Shown one piece after another: positions 12,701-27,700 of a DNA stretch of 64,000 nt. The position numbers and the translations under genes are program-made. The stretch spans positions 62,001 to 126,000 of the forward strand of contig NMRA01000160.1 in the NCBI GenBank assembly GCA_002633005.1, written 5' to 3'. This DNA comes from Phoronis australis. Its lineage: Eukaryota; Animalia; Phoronida. The notes beneath the pieces are model-generated. The model saw only the letters and a list, made by a program, of their open reading frames with translations. It did not search any database and was not told where the DNA came from. How positions within the stretch are numbered: the stretch's first letter is position 1; every line of letters starts with the position of its first letter.

Positions 12701-15700
12701 ACGACAATGTGGCTGGACTGATCGGCTTTGCACAGAGTTCTATTGTCACGGAAGAAGGTGAAAGCTAATACTGTATTGCATTATACCACATGAAGCTGCT
12801 TAACGTTATCGATTTTGTATTCTTGATAATTATGAAAATTAAATTTCACGCCTTTTCAGTTCAAAAATTGTAAGGTATTGAATGTGCTGCAAATTCTTTT
12901 GAGAGAAAAAATGTCAAAAATATCTTAATTTTGTATTCCGTATGAGTACAATCAAGCACTACTGGAACTGTTTGTCTCTTTTTTAGCAGGTTTTGCTATT
13001 TGTTGCTTCATTGTTAAGTAATTCTGTACTACGCACCATCAGTATTCACCAATAGATTATTTGACCTTGAACTGACCTTGAGCTTTGTTATCTGCACAGG
13101 TGCATCAGTGAACCTAACAGTTACTCGCACAAAATCCTACGTGGGTACGGTGACCGTTCAGTGGACAATCGAACACATCAGTGGACACTCGCCACAACAG
13201 GGCTTCCTGCAATACACGGGATTTCTCACCTTCCTTCCGGTTTGTTGAACTTTTTGGTGATTGATGGCTTGTGGGTAATAGAGATTCTGTTGTCGTGCTG
13301 ATTTGTTTCAGTCTGTATAAATAGTGTTTGATCTTAAAAATTAATGTTAGTTAACCTAGTCTGAAGGATGGACTTAATCTTTGTCAGTGTTGTGAAATGG
13401 TTTTCAAAAGTGCTATTCACAGTCCAACATTACTGTTAAAGTTAGTGTTATTAGCATTATTTTCTAACTGGGTAACTGTATCGATGCTGTTTTAATCAAT
13501 GATGCACTTGACAGGTTGAATTAACGGACTGGTTCACTTCCAGCGTGCACCTGCTATTTTTATCATAATTTTGGATCTAAATTTCTGCATGTTTCACACT
13601 ATTCGCTTTCAAAAATGTATTGCTGGCAAACTAAGTATCAAGTGTGGTTCTCAACTTGATATTCAGTAGTATTGCTTCTCTTAAAAATTATTTCTGCCAT
13701 TGCTCATCATGTACCTGTGTTCATCACCCCTTCAGGTGTTTCATTGTGTAAGGACTAATACCCTCCTGTGGAAGTTTGTGTAAGGGCTAATACCCTCTTG
13801 CAAATGTAACAATCTACCTGTACATATTATCCCACCTAGGGCGACCGCAGTAAAGTGATTCCTCTACAGCTGCTCACTGATGATACACCTGAACTGAACG
13901 AAGAGTACCGAATAAAACTGCACAACTTATCTACTGTTGGTACGTAGTGGTAAAGCAAGTTTATGCTGCTCTTTTAAAACTATGGTGAAAACTCAGGGGA
14001 AAAATGAACTTCACTGCTCCTCTTATTTAAAAATGAACTAAAAATTTTTTGCTTCGATATTTAGCCTGTTTTTGACAAGAACAAAATCCTCAAGTCAACT
14101 TCTTCTGAAAACTAACGATTCTGCTATTTTTGGTTGCCTGTGTAATACAGGACTTGATTGTGATATTAGGGGGGTAGTTGTCTTGGATTGTGAGAAGGAA
14201 TGGTTTAGGAGAGGTGTGAAAGAAGCTTAACACTAATGAATAGTACAGCTGTCATTGAATAGACATGGTGGTCTCAGGTTACCATAATGGTGTGGAACGC
14301 TTGCATCTTCTGGCTAAGACGCTACCTATTGGTCAGACCCATAATAACTTGAGTAGCCAACTTGAAGCTCACGAGATGCCGGTGCAACATCCCTAAGTGT
14401 GAGTTAACAGTTCCAGTATTCGTTTTAAATTCTGTTTTCTCTTCCCATTTATGTTTTGTGTGTTTTCATCCCCAGTTTTTTGTACCCACTTCAGGTGTTC
14501 GTGAATCAGGCGCAGCCGCTGTCAACCCTCAGTCTTATCTGGCAACCATTACCATAAAAGGTAGCAATGAACCGCATGGAGTATTCAGTTTCGCTGCCAG
14601 TTCTCTCAACTTAAGAACTGAAGAGAACAATGCCACAGTCCGTCTGACCATTGACAGAAAGTTTGGTGCCATTGGTAAGTCGTGCCTTAATTCCTTCTTG
14701 ATGGCATAAAACACTGAACTACTCTACAGTTTCACCATCTAGTGTTTGAATACTTTTGATAAATAAATACGGTGACCTAACCTACATGACAAAAGTGATG
14801 GAGCAAATGGCCCCGATTTCCCCATCATTATGTCTGGGTGCAAGTGTAATATCGTTAGAGTTGCAGGTTTTTTTGCCTATCGTGACTGGGAAGTGGAATT
14901 TTGTCCATAATTAACACCAAATTATTGCTTTACCATTTTGTAGTTGTGTTCCATAGCTGCCACTAGACAACACTGTGGGTACTCACAGAAGGTTTTGAAG
15001 GTCTTGAAATACAAAAAAGGACAATTTTGTTGATTATTTTTGTCTGAAATTTGGGATATTTTATCGAAAGAATCATTTCGAAGGAAATGCTCGTTCTCAG
15101 TGATATAATGTTTCTAACAGTTTCCCTATTCTCGTTCAGTGTGAATTTACCTCAGTCATAAGCTAATGTGTAAAGTCTATTGACTTCAGGCTCAGTGCGT
15201 GTGTTCTACAACATCATGGAGGGTAGCTTAACCCCACTTAACAAAGATCTTGTCAAGGCCACAGCCAACGGTGACTTCGTGTCGGGCTTAGGCTCTGTCG
15301 ACCTGTCCAATGGGGTGAGCTCTGCCACAATCGATGTCACCATCAACGATGACAATATTCCAGAGATTGACGAGGTCTTCATTGTCAACCTGACGGCTGT
15401 CTCACTTCTGTCACAGTCATTCAGCAACTTCCAACCAAAACTCGGTAAGTACCATTTTCTATCGCTTAATTATATAATCATATATTATACATTTGGTTTT
15501 CATTCACGATGACTACTGAGGTCAGTTTCATGAACAATGACTTGACACCCATAGGCCCAATGACTTGACACCCATAGGCCCAATGACTTGACACCCATAG
15601 GCCCAATGACTTGACACCCATAGGCCCAATGACTTGACACCCATAGGCCCAATGACTTGACACCCATAGGCCCAATGACTTGACACCCATAGGCCCAATG

Positions 15701-18700
15701 GCGTGCCAATATGGCAATGGTGTCAAAAATGGAGAAAAGTTAACGTAAGGTTTCAGTCGGTCAGGCTTCATCTCACTTTCAGCTTGAAAAAACACCATTT
15801 TTATTCTTGTTTTTTGATTGCCTGGAAAGGCTCTAACACCTCTATATGGTAAGTCAGTTATGCCAAATTGACAGGCAACTTCTTCGAAAAGAGTTAGTTC
15901 CCCTTTTTACTTCTTCAATTTGCGGCTGGACCTTTGCTTTTCCTGGAATTGTTAAGGTTATGTGGGGCCTTGTCAACAAGTCAGTTCATTTAGTCAAACG
16001 TCGACAAAGCTAATAGAATTTTTTAAATTAACTCTGCGAAAGTATATTATTTTCTGAAAATACAAGGCTTGTAGATTTTGAGTTTTTACTTTATATCAGT
16101 CTCGTACTTCAGTTGCATTTTTAGTTATAAAATTTAGTTAAAAAAGAAAGATACAGTCACAGCAAAATAAAACTATAACACTATTGTCCAATTTTCATGA
16201 TGAAATCGGACGTTACATTTTTCTTAATTGTTCCATTTTTGTTTAATATACAACTTTGAATTTTTTCATGAAATCACAGAAGCCTAATTATTTTAGTATC
16301 CCCTCATGTAAAAATGGAACATTGCAAAAGCAATCCCTAGCAGTGTTTTGGATAATGGTGCACAAAGCACAAATATTCTGAAGTTTCATAATGGATTCGA
16401 ATTGCCAATTTTGAGTTATTATGTTTTTAGTAAGTTAGCCCAATTTGGACATTTTTGCATAGATGTGAGAACCTCGCAAAAACGCAAGACTTTGGGAGAT
16501 ATCACCAGGCATTGCAAGTGAAACAGTAGCTTTACTCAGAAGATTCTTGCATCTGTGGAAGAGAAACTTTATTTTGTTTAGTCTGAGTGTGACCCCCGAC
16601 ACTGAGTTAAATGCAAATGAAGATGAATTAGGTTGGCTTTTAGATAGAAAAGTGGTAAATCAATTTTTGGCTGATTTTTAAATGTCATTAAATCAGTAAT
16701 ACAGTTTATTTTACATGATTTTATGGAAAATGATTTTTGTTTTGAAATTTTATGATAAAACTGGGGTATTCTATCTAAAATAGAGTATGACATTACATGG
16801 GCTCCACAAACTGACTGAACCAATAAGAAGTCTTGGCATAAAGTGAGACCTTGTGCTTCAATTACACATTCTTGTCAAACTGACGAGGTACTTAAAATAA
16901 ACTTCACTGGATTCATTCTTGATAACCTCTCTCTTTTAACCTTTTGTCATTATTAGGTTCTGCTGACACAACTTCGGAGATCATTATCAACGCCAATGAT
17001 GGTACAAAGGGTCAGTTGAAGTTCATCGGAGCACAGTGAGTAGTCGTGCTGGCTTCCATTAGCAGTTGTTGTCACTGCTCTGAATGCTGGCAGGTGTATT
17101 ATTCTGATGTTTAAAGCAGCTGGTATGTTAAACGCTACATCCGCGGGTACAATGAATTTTGATGAAATAAGAAAGAAGTGGTGGTCTCCGTGTTACCTTG
17201 GTCCCTTGCTTCAGTCCATTTTTGTGAAGATTGCAAAATTAAATCAAGTCTCGTCTCTGTGTGAGGTGAGATGTGCCTAAGTAATTGTCATATTACCTTA
17301 GCTAGTCAAAAAAGTTGAGTTTAGTTAAATTTTTGAGTAATTATGTTTAATGATCAATTTATTACATTTTGTTGACAGACGTTTACTCTATGTGTTTAGT
17401 TTAACAGCAAGAGTGTTTAGTCAGTTCATAATGTATTCAGCTATAGTTGTCAACTATCATTTTGAAAACGGACTACTTTTTGTTAAGAATAATCAAAATT
17501 GAAAACAATGATCTGAAAAATTCATTGAATATTCATGAATATGAAAATACATTATGAAGGGTAACTGAGATCAATTTCATTTTGTTTTCAGAGCTTCAGT
17601 TGGCCATATTTGATTACTGCTCCACCTGTTGACCAATTTCTATCTCAGAGCCAGGGTCACGATCACAGCTCCACCTATATTGATTCATATGTTAATGATC
17701 GATCATAATGCCATTTGTCAATGGGTTTTCATCAATCAGTGGCCATTTTTTATTCCTTAGTGAACCATTTTGATCGCTGCATACCTATTGATTACTGCAT
17801 TCAACTCCATCTGTTGACTTAATTTTATCAAAGACTTCAGACAACTCCGTCTATTGACCCATTTTCATCACTGCATACAACTCCATCTGTTGATTCATTT
17901 TCATCACTCTATACAACTCTATTTGTTGACCAATTTTCAGACTGTCTGTGAACGAGTCCAATGCTAATTACACTCTGACGGTGCTTCGTGAGCGGGGAAC
18001 ATTCGGCGAGGTCTCTGTCTACTTCTATGGTCAGGGTATGGGAGCGCTGATCAGGAAAGACTTCATGGTGAAACCAGGGGTAGGTATTTCTTAAACTTGG
18101 ATCACTTAATTTTCACCGTACAATGAATTTGTGTCCAAACACAAGCCTATATCTTGTATTATTATTATGATTATTTTTATCATTATTTATTTGATGACCT
18201 TCTCAAGGGAGAATGAGAAAAAATACCAGGACCAACAGACAGTAGACAATTTAAAATTAAATTAAAATGCTCTGATCAGGAGTCTCAGAAGACAAAAATT
18301 AGCCGACGCGGGATTACAGATTATTCGAGGGAAGAAGAAGTCTGAGAGAGTCCGCAATACCATTATTACATTCAAATGACCTTGGCTGGCATGGGATTGA
18401 TGATCGACCAACAGGGGATCACCCCATGCCAATTATTCTAGCCGGGAGGGTGCCGGGAACAACCACTCTGTTCTGCAAGTGCATTCGTTTGAAAGATAAA
18501 TACACAGGCATCTACACGTCTAGTAACAAAAATCAAATACAGTAAAATCTCACTAATTTAGCACACAATATGGTGAATAAGTGAGATCACTTTTTCTTAC
18601 TTTTTCGCTAAGAGGTGGCGTATAGCTCTAAATTATCACTTTTCCATGTTCAGTCTCTACCGTTGCTACCAAGTGACAATGTTTTGAAAATTGTGGTCAT

Positions 18701-21700
18701 CCACAATTACGATGTTTGAATGAAAAAGAGCAATTTTGGTTTACTTACCGGTTTTGTCCAAAATTGATGAGATTTTGCCATATAATCTTCTTAGGACTTC
18801 TCTTTTTGTGGTGTAATTTGTCTTGGATTTTTCAGACGTCTGGTAAAATGAAGGAAATCTTTTGTAGACATGACACCATGACTTGTATGGTTTGTGTGTA
18901 GATAGGTCATTTTCTGTAATGTAGTTGTTCTGTTTAATAATTAAATTGCAAACCACACGAGTATTCAGGGATGTGCAATGTACAACTGAACTCAAAGGGG
19001 CCAGACATTTGAAAAACTGCAAGCCTTCCACACAATTCGATGTCCTACCTCTGCACAAGAGGAGCGCTCAGTTCAGGACAAGTCGGGTCTGCTACCATCT
19101 GTCAGGTTACTTGTCATTTACCTGAAGTGCTTCCTGTCTTAAACCTGGTGATATGTTTTAGACGCTGTATTTTGCTGCTGGCGAAAGTCGTAAGGAGATC
19201 ACTGTTCAGATATTCGATGATAGCGAGGCTGAACCAGAGGAATCGTTTGAAGTTGTCCTTGCCAGCCCCTCAGGTGGAGTGGAGATAGGACAGCCTGATA
19301 GAGGTAAGAGGGTGTGAATGGCTTTAAGGAAATGATAAAATATTTATTGAAGGTGGAGTTAGGATAAACCTGTGCAGGTGAGAGCTGGCTTATGACTTAA
19401 AGAAAATGACAAAGTATTTTCTGAAGGTAGAAGTTAGAGCAACAGCATCACTAAACAGCTGTTAGCAGTTGAAAATACAGTGGCGGTCACCACTGAATTT
19501 TTCTTGCAGTAGGTACTCGTGATAGATATCTAAGCCCACTGAAATATTGAAAATCGAAATTAAAAAGGCTTTATATCACAATTTGATTGTATCGCAGTCT
19601 TACCTTTTTAATTTTCTTCCAGCTGTTGTCACTATCCTCAATAGTGATGGCGCCAGCGGTTATGTGACCTTTGACTCCGCTGATGAGGTCACACTCACCG
19701 AGCCGAGCTCGTCGAGCACAGCCAACAGTATTGCTGAACTTCGCCTGACCCGTGGTCCCGGCTTCTTTGGCCAAGTCACTGTTCCATTTGAAGTGGTGCC
19801 TGTTGGTAACAGTGGTCAACCAATCACCGACATAACGCCTTCCTCTGGTTTTGTTGTCTTTAATGATAAGCAGGTATGGTTCAACGGATTGTTTGGGTTA
19901 ATGAATAAGTACAGGGTGCTGGAAGCCTGGATCCAATCAACTCTTGAATGAGACTTCACCTGGTCTAGAGTTGTTAATGTTGAAATAAACTTGACCGTCT
20001 AAGCCAATTTTGAACAACTGTAATGCTCTGGGTCAGACAGAAACAATTATAATTGAATTTGATTGGTAAATGTTATGAAACCTTACCTGGTATGATTCAA
20101 GCAATGTTTGCTAAATGAAGATGGCCAGGTAATTCCAGTTAGAAATTGAATTATGTAAAAAGTGACTTGATCACAATCTTAGTTAAAGAAAATTCAGAAC
20201 ATTTTGTTGGAAGCAATAATAATTGTTAAATTTTACTCCTTGTTTCATTTCCCCCCCAGCCTTCTGCCACGCTGAAACTCACAGTAACTCAAGACAATAT
20301 TCCTGAACTTGACGAAGTCTTCATGGTACGCTTGAAGGAGCCACAAGGTGGCGCTAAGCTGGGTGCCGTCACTGAAAGGAAATTGATAATTTCGGCCAAC
20401 GACTCCCCATATGGGCTGTTCAACATCTATGTGAAAGGCACTCTGTGAGTGATCATTCTTTGCAATAGATTTCTTTTGGGCAATGCTGCGTAGAACAAAT
20501 AATCTAATTTGATTGTTTCAGAATCATTCATAGATATTGAGGGCCCCATGGAAAGTAGTGAGAACTGATGGCTTCCCTCATTGTAAATATTTCAATTATT
20601 ATCAATAAAGAAAGACATTGGGATATGGTAAAATCTCAATAGTAGACAAGTGAAATTTTATAATTTTCATACGAAAGATATATTAAGTACCGCAGAATCA
20701 GTGATTACTATTTTCAAGTTCTGTTTCCATGGCTACCATTCAAACAATATTCTTAAAGAATTGGGACATTCACAATAATGGCAGACACCCTTGAAAAGAA
20801 AAGTTGGACATTTTGGAGATGATTTGTCTGCAAAATTGGTGAGGTTTTGTGATTGTGGCAGTCAGCTGATGAGGTTGAATTAGCAGTCTTAAGACTACGC
20901 GTGGGCTGCAAAGTACACGAGAGACACATGCGGTGATAAATCTTTGTTATAAGTTTTCATGAAAGAGAAATATCGTACAGCTTTCTCCAGTGATTCAACA
21001 TTCTAGCCTCACTTCAGTGGCAGCTGTTTTGCTAATCTCCTCTAGTCATGTGTTATGTGATATTGTGTTGTCTTGTGCGACTTTGCTGAACTAGCTAAAA
21101 ACTAATTGCTATGGAACACATCCCTGCCAACATCAGTGTTGATTATTTCGTGCACGGTTACATTTTGGTTTACACATACGAGTTTCTAGTCCGAGTTTGT
21201 GCTTGATGACCGTAGGTTTGAGCTGCAAACTCAACCTAAAGTTCAAGTGTCAAGTATAAACTTGAAATTTCAAGTTCAGACTCCAAACTCTTAACCTTAA
21301 ATGCTGGGGTCACCAAGTGCAAATTAGGATTAGGAATTTATCTACGGAGACTATTATGTATTTGAGGATAGTCTAATAGACTTTTATCTTGAGTTAACAC
21401 AAAGGTAGAACAGAAAATGCCAAAAATTATTCCAAATTCGAGTAGACAAATTAGACCCCGCACCCAGATTTATAGCTCTGACAAAACACTTGCGACTAAA
21501 CTGCCAAATAATTCAAACAAGAAGTTCGTCAGAGTACTGTTAAAATCTCTCCAGTTTATCTTGAAAACTGCTGTTCATAATTTCTTTGATTATTGTAATT
21601 AACCTTTGTCTTCCAACCATTAACAGAAACAACGAAATAAGTGTCGAAGAGGACTCGGGCCTTGTACACGTGGACGTCGTGCGTACACAGGGCATGCTGG

Positions 21701-24700
21701 GAAAGGTTACACTACAGTTACAAACTGTAGGTGGAACGGCAACTGCTACGTCTGGTCCCAACCTGGTGTTATCTCCCCTGGCCATGGTACAGGTCAGCCA
21801 GGCTGTTGGCTGGCACAGTTACGAGTTCAGTGGGATGACCTACATGCTGCTTCTCAGTGGCTACAGGAAGGGGGCGCTGAAGACAGGTTGGTAGACATAG
21901 GGCAACTGTTTTTTTTCAAAGTACTTAAATTGCTGTGAACTATAAGTTCCTTCTCATGTATTGGTAAATTCCAAGGTCAAAGGTTACCGTGTAGTGCATA
22001 TGTGGGCTTCAAACACAGTGGTGATATGTGAACAGCTTCTCTAGTTATTAAAACATGCGCTTCTTCTCTTGTTGACGTGGTCAAAGCTGTTTATAGAGTC
22101 AGCGACAAAGCCGTCTGACCCTGACTCTAAGGTCAATTGCTTTTCAGTCAATCAGTCAATAAATCATATGCATTATTGTAAATACATGCTTTTAATTGTC
22201 TTAATTATAAATGTTGCAATTACTGAATAGACATGCTCTCCTGCTAAAAGCAAAAATTGATTATTTTAAATTTTGTTCGCTAATGTGCTGAGGCGGAAAC
22301 CCCACGTTAGAGACGTACGAATATTTTGTTGATAACAAGATTGCGTTGTTGAGAGTGGGATGTATTTTCAAACTTTCAGCTGTTGGTTCAAATGGTGCCG
22401 ATGTTCCTGTCAATGGAACTGGCGAGGTCATGACCTCTGTGCTCTACAGGTGGCAAGGTGCTCTGGTTCCCATTCAGGTAATAGAGGGTGTTTCTTGACC
22501 GCTCTTCCACGCCCGTTTTGCTATCATTTATGCACTGCCATAAAATCTCACAAATTTCAGAAAAAAATTACACATATTTCATTTTTAAAGGACTGTTCAC
22601 CATTCTTGCCATTTTCAAAAGTGTAAAAAACATATTTCAATAAATGTCTTGAGCACCATTTTTAGATAATTTTGCTTTTTGGTTTAGATTTTTCATAGGG
22701 ACAAGTTTGCATTTGAAATTTTTTTTAACAATTACCGGGATACCATCTGTTGTGGATTGATCCGTATTCTGTGTACTTTTAGGTTGTGTTGTAAAAATCA
22801 TTACATGCGGATTTTCATCTGTCACAGATTTTGAGGAATTCATTCTCTTTTGAAATAATTAGTGTTTCAAAGCGCCAGACCGGCAAAAATTGATGCATAA
22901 AATACCAGTAAGTGACGGAAATATTCAAGAATGCAAAATCCAACCAATAAACATTATTTAATGTATCTTGAGTATTAGACAAATGCCTAATGCTTTATGC
23001 ATACGGAATTTCCCTTTCGCGATTGGTCAGTTGCACTGACTCTGTGAAGGACTGACCAATGAAAAATGTGCTTTATTTGGTTTTGCATTGTGGGATATTG
23101 TATGCTTTGGAAATCATGTTAAGATGTCAAAAGCGAAATTTTGGAGACAAGTATACCACAGAGATTAGATACATTTAGAAAACAAGAATAGGAATTCACC
23201 ATGTTTCGTCACGCTTAGAGTCCTGGCGCTTGCAACAAGATATCTGGATTTGTGGGACTGTGGTAGCGTGGAAAGAAATTAACCATGCCGACAGCAAAAG
23301 CCAAAAAAATTGTTGTAATGGGCTGAGTTTTTATGTAATATAGCTTTTTTAGTTGAACATGAGTTGAAATTGAAAATTGTTGTTTTTGTTTGTATCAATC
23401 CATCTTGTGATTGAAATTTAAACTTTCTGAAAATGTTGGAAATCGTACAAGTTTTCACTTCCAAATCGGTTTTAACACAAAATTTACAGATCATATGCAT
23501 AATAGGTTTTCAGCCCTGAAATTACACAATGGGCAAACATTTGTTATTAATATTAAAATATTTCTGCTTCTGTTTGTAGTCACTGGAAACAGATGGCGCT
23601 GTAAGAGCAACTTCATTCACCGAGGGTGGGAAGACATACCTCGTCGTTATTAACCAAGGTCAACAGGGGGCGTATGAGACTTCCTCTCGGGTCTATGTTG
23701 TCAAGCAAGACGGGTCACTTACTGTTGTAAGACACTTATTGTTTTGTAAATGCTTGTAATGATTTCAAACAGATTTTTTTTCAGTGAATTGGTTTTTCTC
23801 TTAGTTTATGTGACGGGATCGGTCAAAAGAAGATAAAATGTTTGCTATGGATTCTGTAGTTCAACCAGTTCTGTCACTCATTCATGCTTAGTGACTTGAC
23901 ATGAACAGAACCCTCGATCACCGTTCACTGACTGTGAGGTCTTCACTTGTCTCAAAGCATGTTTTGATTCTGTCCAGCCATATTTTTGGTAAAATTTATC
24001 CAATTGTTTCTATGGTGATATATAGATGCTAAAATTCTATTGAAATTAAATTAAAATGTGACTGTTTAGATTTTAAGGTACTTCTTAAGATACATGAATG
24101 TCATTGTGTATATCATTAAACAATTTTGTCAATTTTTGAAATTTTATGTCAAAAGCTCAATGAAATTCACTTAATATACATTCGTTAATTCTAGTTACAA
24201 AACCTGCCAACGAGGGGAGCCAGTGATGTTCATACATACAAAGTGGGTTCCACTCGCTTTATGGTGATCACCAACTACGCTGACAACAGAGGGAGCACGA
24301 GTATTAGCTCAGATGTGTTCCACTGGGATACCATCAACGGGCGCTTTCTGTCCATCAACCAACCAATCTCGACTCTTGGAGCATCTGCTGTTACGGCCTT
24401 CGTGATTGGTGGAGATACCTACCTAGCCATTGCTAACAAATTTGCATCAGGGTCATATGAAGTAGAGTGAGTGTTGAAATGTGGTTTTTGATACAAACAT
24501 GACCAAATGCGTATTTATAACGCATTGATTCCATGTCCTTGTTAAAAATTCAATGATTTTGTGTAATACATGTTATCATTGCGTAAAGATCATCATCTCG
24601 TCAGATTTGTAACTAAACAATATTTTAAGGAAAAATTAGTAATATTTTAAAATAGTATGCACCAAATCTGTTGATAAGGGATTGGCACTAGTTTAGAGTC

Positions 24701-27700
24701 CCAGGGAATAATTGTTATGTTGTAAATCGTGTCCCTTTTTGGCTAACACTGGTTGTTGAAAATAGCTGAAGCCTGTATTCGTGAGGGATCACTGCTGTCA
24801 ACCTTCTGGGACTCAGCATGTCCTATTGTTTTGTTTTAGTCAATTTAATGATGAAATTTCTTGCGACTTGAACTTAAAAGATTTCGATGAAAGTCAAAAA
24901 CCCGTTATGGATGATTTCACAGGTTCATCAATTTGGACAGAACTAAATTTGACTGTTTATGGTTGACAATTGTACAGTTTATGCTACTAGATTATTAACT
25001 CATTTTTGTTATTTTTTGCTGAAAATTTCGACTAAATGAAGTTCTATTCTGTCATACTGTGCTGAAGGAGAATGTCTCAACTGTCTAATAGTAAACTTAG
25101 CTTTGATTTGGATATCATGTGCTTTTAGTCTTTTATCCATCCCACACTTACTGTACCCATCTCTTCAGCAGGATTAGTACAACGTATTACAATTTGTAAT
25201 TTCAGCTCCATTGTCTACAAGATCGAACAGGGCGCATTTGTCCTCAAACAACGCATTCCTTCCAAGGGTGCCGTCGATATCAAATCCTTCTCAGTAGATG
25301 GCACCACCTATCTTGTTCTTGCAAACAGTCGTGACAATGCGGGTCGCACCAGCCAGAACTCGACAGTTTTCAAATGGGACTCGACATCTCTGCAGTTTGT
25401 TACAGTACAACACATTCAGACGGAGAATATTCACAGAGTGAACGCTTTTACAGCTAGCAATGGTCTTGGTTAGTAGTCCCTGAACTGTTGCATTTTTCAA
25501 GAGTTTTTACTTAATAAGCTTAAAATCCTGAGAGCCTAGATAATTTGCTGTTTGTTGTTAAAAATGCAAATTGCCAAAATGGTCATTATTCTGCTACACT
25601 CATGTAACAGAGCAAGTCTCCAGTGAACACCAAAAATGTGCATTTCACCTCGTCATGCATACATTTCAGTTCAGTTACGCATGATAACGCTCAATTCCAT
25701 ATAGGCAAAGGAAGGAAACGCACCCTTCTCCGAAGCCTGTTGCTAGCGAAGTGTCCGACACGTACAGTCGCGCCAGCATGGCCCACGTAACAAAGGCGCA
25801 CTGAGACGCAACAAAGACATTAGCATAAGGATAAATGAACAATAACCTTACAACAAAAATACAATTACTAACGTCCCGTCACACTCGGTCTTCATGACGG
25901 AGAATTCTGCTAGCACTAAGCAATCATTACGAGGAATCGACGAGTGCGACGTGGAATTCGTCGTTTACATAGCGGTCATGATGGGTGAATTTTGATAGTG
26001 TTCAGCCTTCATGACGATGAATTCTAAGTCATTGTGTCCAGTTTTCTTTGGCGAGTACATGTCCGTCTGTGTCAGCTGCAACTCTCATTTTATCACCTAC
26101 TAATTAAAATATGTGATGATTTGTCTTCAGTTCACCTGGCGTTTGCCAGTCGAGATGGCGGTTCCGTTATCTACAGTTGGGACATCACCTCTCGCCTGTT
26201 TACACAGCGGTGGACCGGACCGGTTGTCAACAACATGTCACCAATGACAGTCACGCAGTCGACGGGAGACATGGTTTTGATTGGTTCAGCATCATCTGCT
26301 AATACATCCAATGTTTACCTGACATCACTGCTTGGTGCGAGTGACTTTGTGCCAAGGTATGTGTTGTACAATAGATGCTCAGTGGGAACCTCGTGAAATT
26401 ATTATTATTATGTCTAACTTTTAACTTGATGATTGTTTTAGATTATACTGACGAAATCAAACAAACAATTGTTCTGTTGCAGAAGATGAATCATATTTAA
26501 CCGTAGTATTGTTAAAAATGTTTTATGTCATGTTTGCGCCAGACTTTAAAGTGATACATCATCCAGTCAATTCTTTCACAGACACTGGAAGTTTAATTAG
26601 TTTTCTGCCAATTAGTTTTTCTTTGGTGTTGCTGTAGTTTTAAGTTGCTTTTTCACTTAGTTAATAACTTGCCTGCTTGTTATTTTCATTTGATTCTGTT
26701 GTGCTCCGTACTTGTGTAACATGTTTTGTGTTACAAAGGACTATGTCGTCTTGTTTTTCCAATAGTTTTCTTTCTTTAAAACCATCACACTTCATGATTG
26801 TTATTCAACGCACAATTTGTTCACCCTTTCAGGACAACCACATTGACCTTTGAACCTGGCCAGTCTCACATGTCCTTGGCTGTGGAGGTTCTTCCGGACG
26901 ACTTCCCAGAGGATACAGAGACATTTACCATAGTTCTGTCCAAGCCAACAGGTGGCGCTGATGTAGGCACACACAGCAGTATTAGTGTCAACATCTTGTC
27001 GAATGACGATGCTCACGGAGTAATTGAGTTCTCAGAGGTAAGACAGAGGCAGTGGTGCAGTAGTCTACTTATTAGTTTCAGTTTTATTTTTTCACTTTTT
27101 GAAGCTCTGTTGAGTCAATTTCCTGGCAGTGCTAACTTTGTTACATAACATCTTGTTTCTCAATTCTTGTATAAATGAATCTTTGTAACTGAAACTTTTA
27201 GCATTGAATATGGTAAACTTGGTTCATTCATAACTAATTTGTGGTAAAATGAGGAGCTCTGTTATTTCATTTATATATCTTGGAAAAAAGTAACCTATTC
27301 TCTGTATATTGCATAAAAATTCAATAATTGTTTTAACTTGATTTGGCCTTTTTTTCTCGATGTCTTTCATTTCCATTTCAACTCCGTTGCTATAATCGTG
27401 ATAAAATATGACATGCACTTTGACTCTTCAAAGGAATCTGCGAATAAGATGGTCTCAGAGCTGGTAGGCAAGGACAACAGGATCACCCTTAATGTAGACC
27501 GCAAGGCCGGATTATCCGGTCGAGTGGTCGTCAGGTGGTCAGCTTCGGGTCAGAACGATGGAGTTAATGACATCACTCCCATCTTTGGAACGGTGAGTTT
27601 TGTCTGATACTGGGCATACTGTCATTGCCTTTATACTTAGGACTATTATGAAGTTAGTAAACTATGGTAACAGTCCTTCCTTGAAACGTGTATTGTTGAA

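Noticed and set aside
15535-15700. CRISPR-like array (also considered for 4225-4337)
   Set aside because: Units are head-to-tail with no unique spacers, there are no cas genes, and the context is a eukaryotic intron.
25680-26030. Intronic snoRNA or other ncRNA
   Set aside because: No convincing paired C/D or H/ACA boxes with a terminal stem. It is more likely an unclassified TE fragment.
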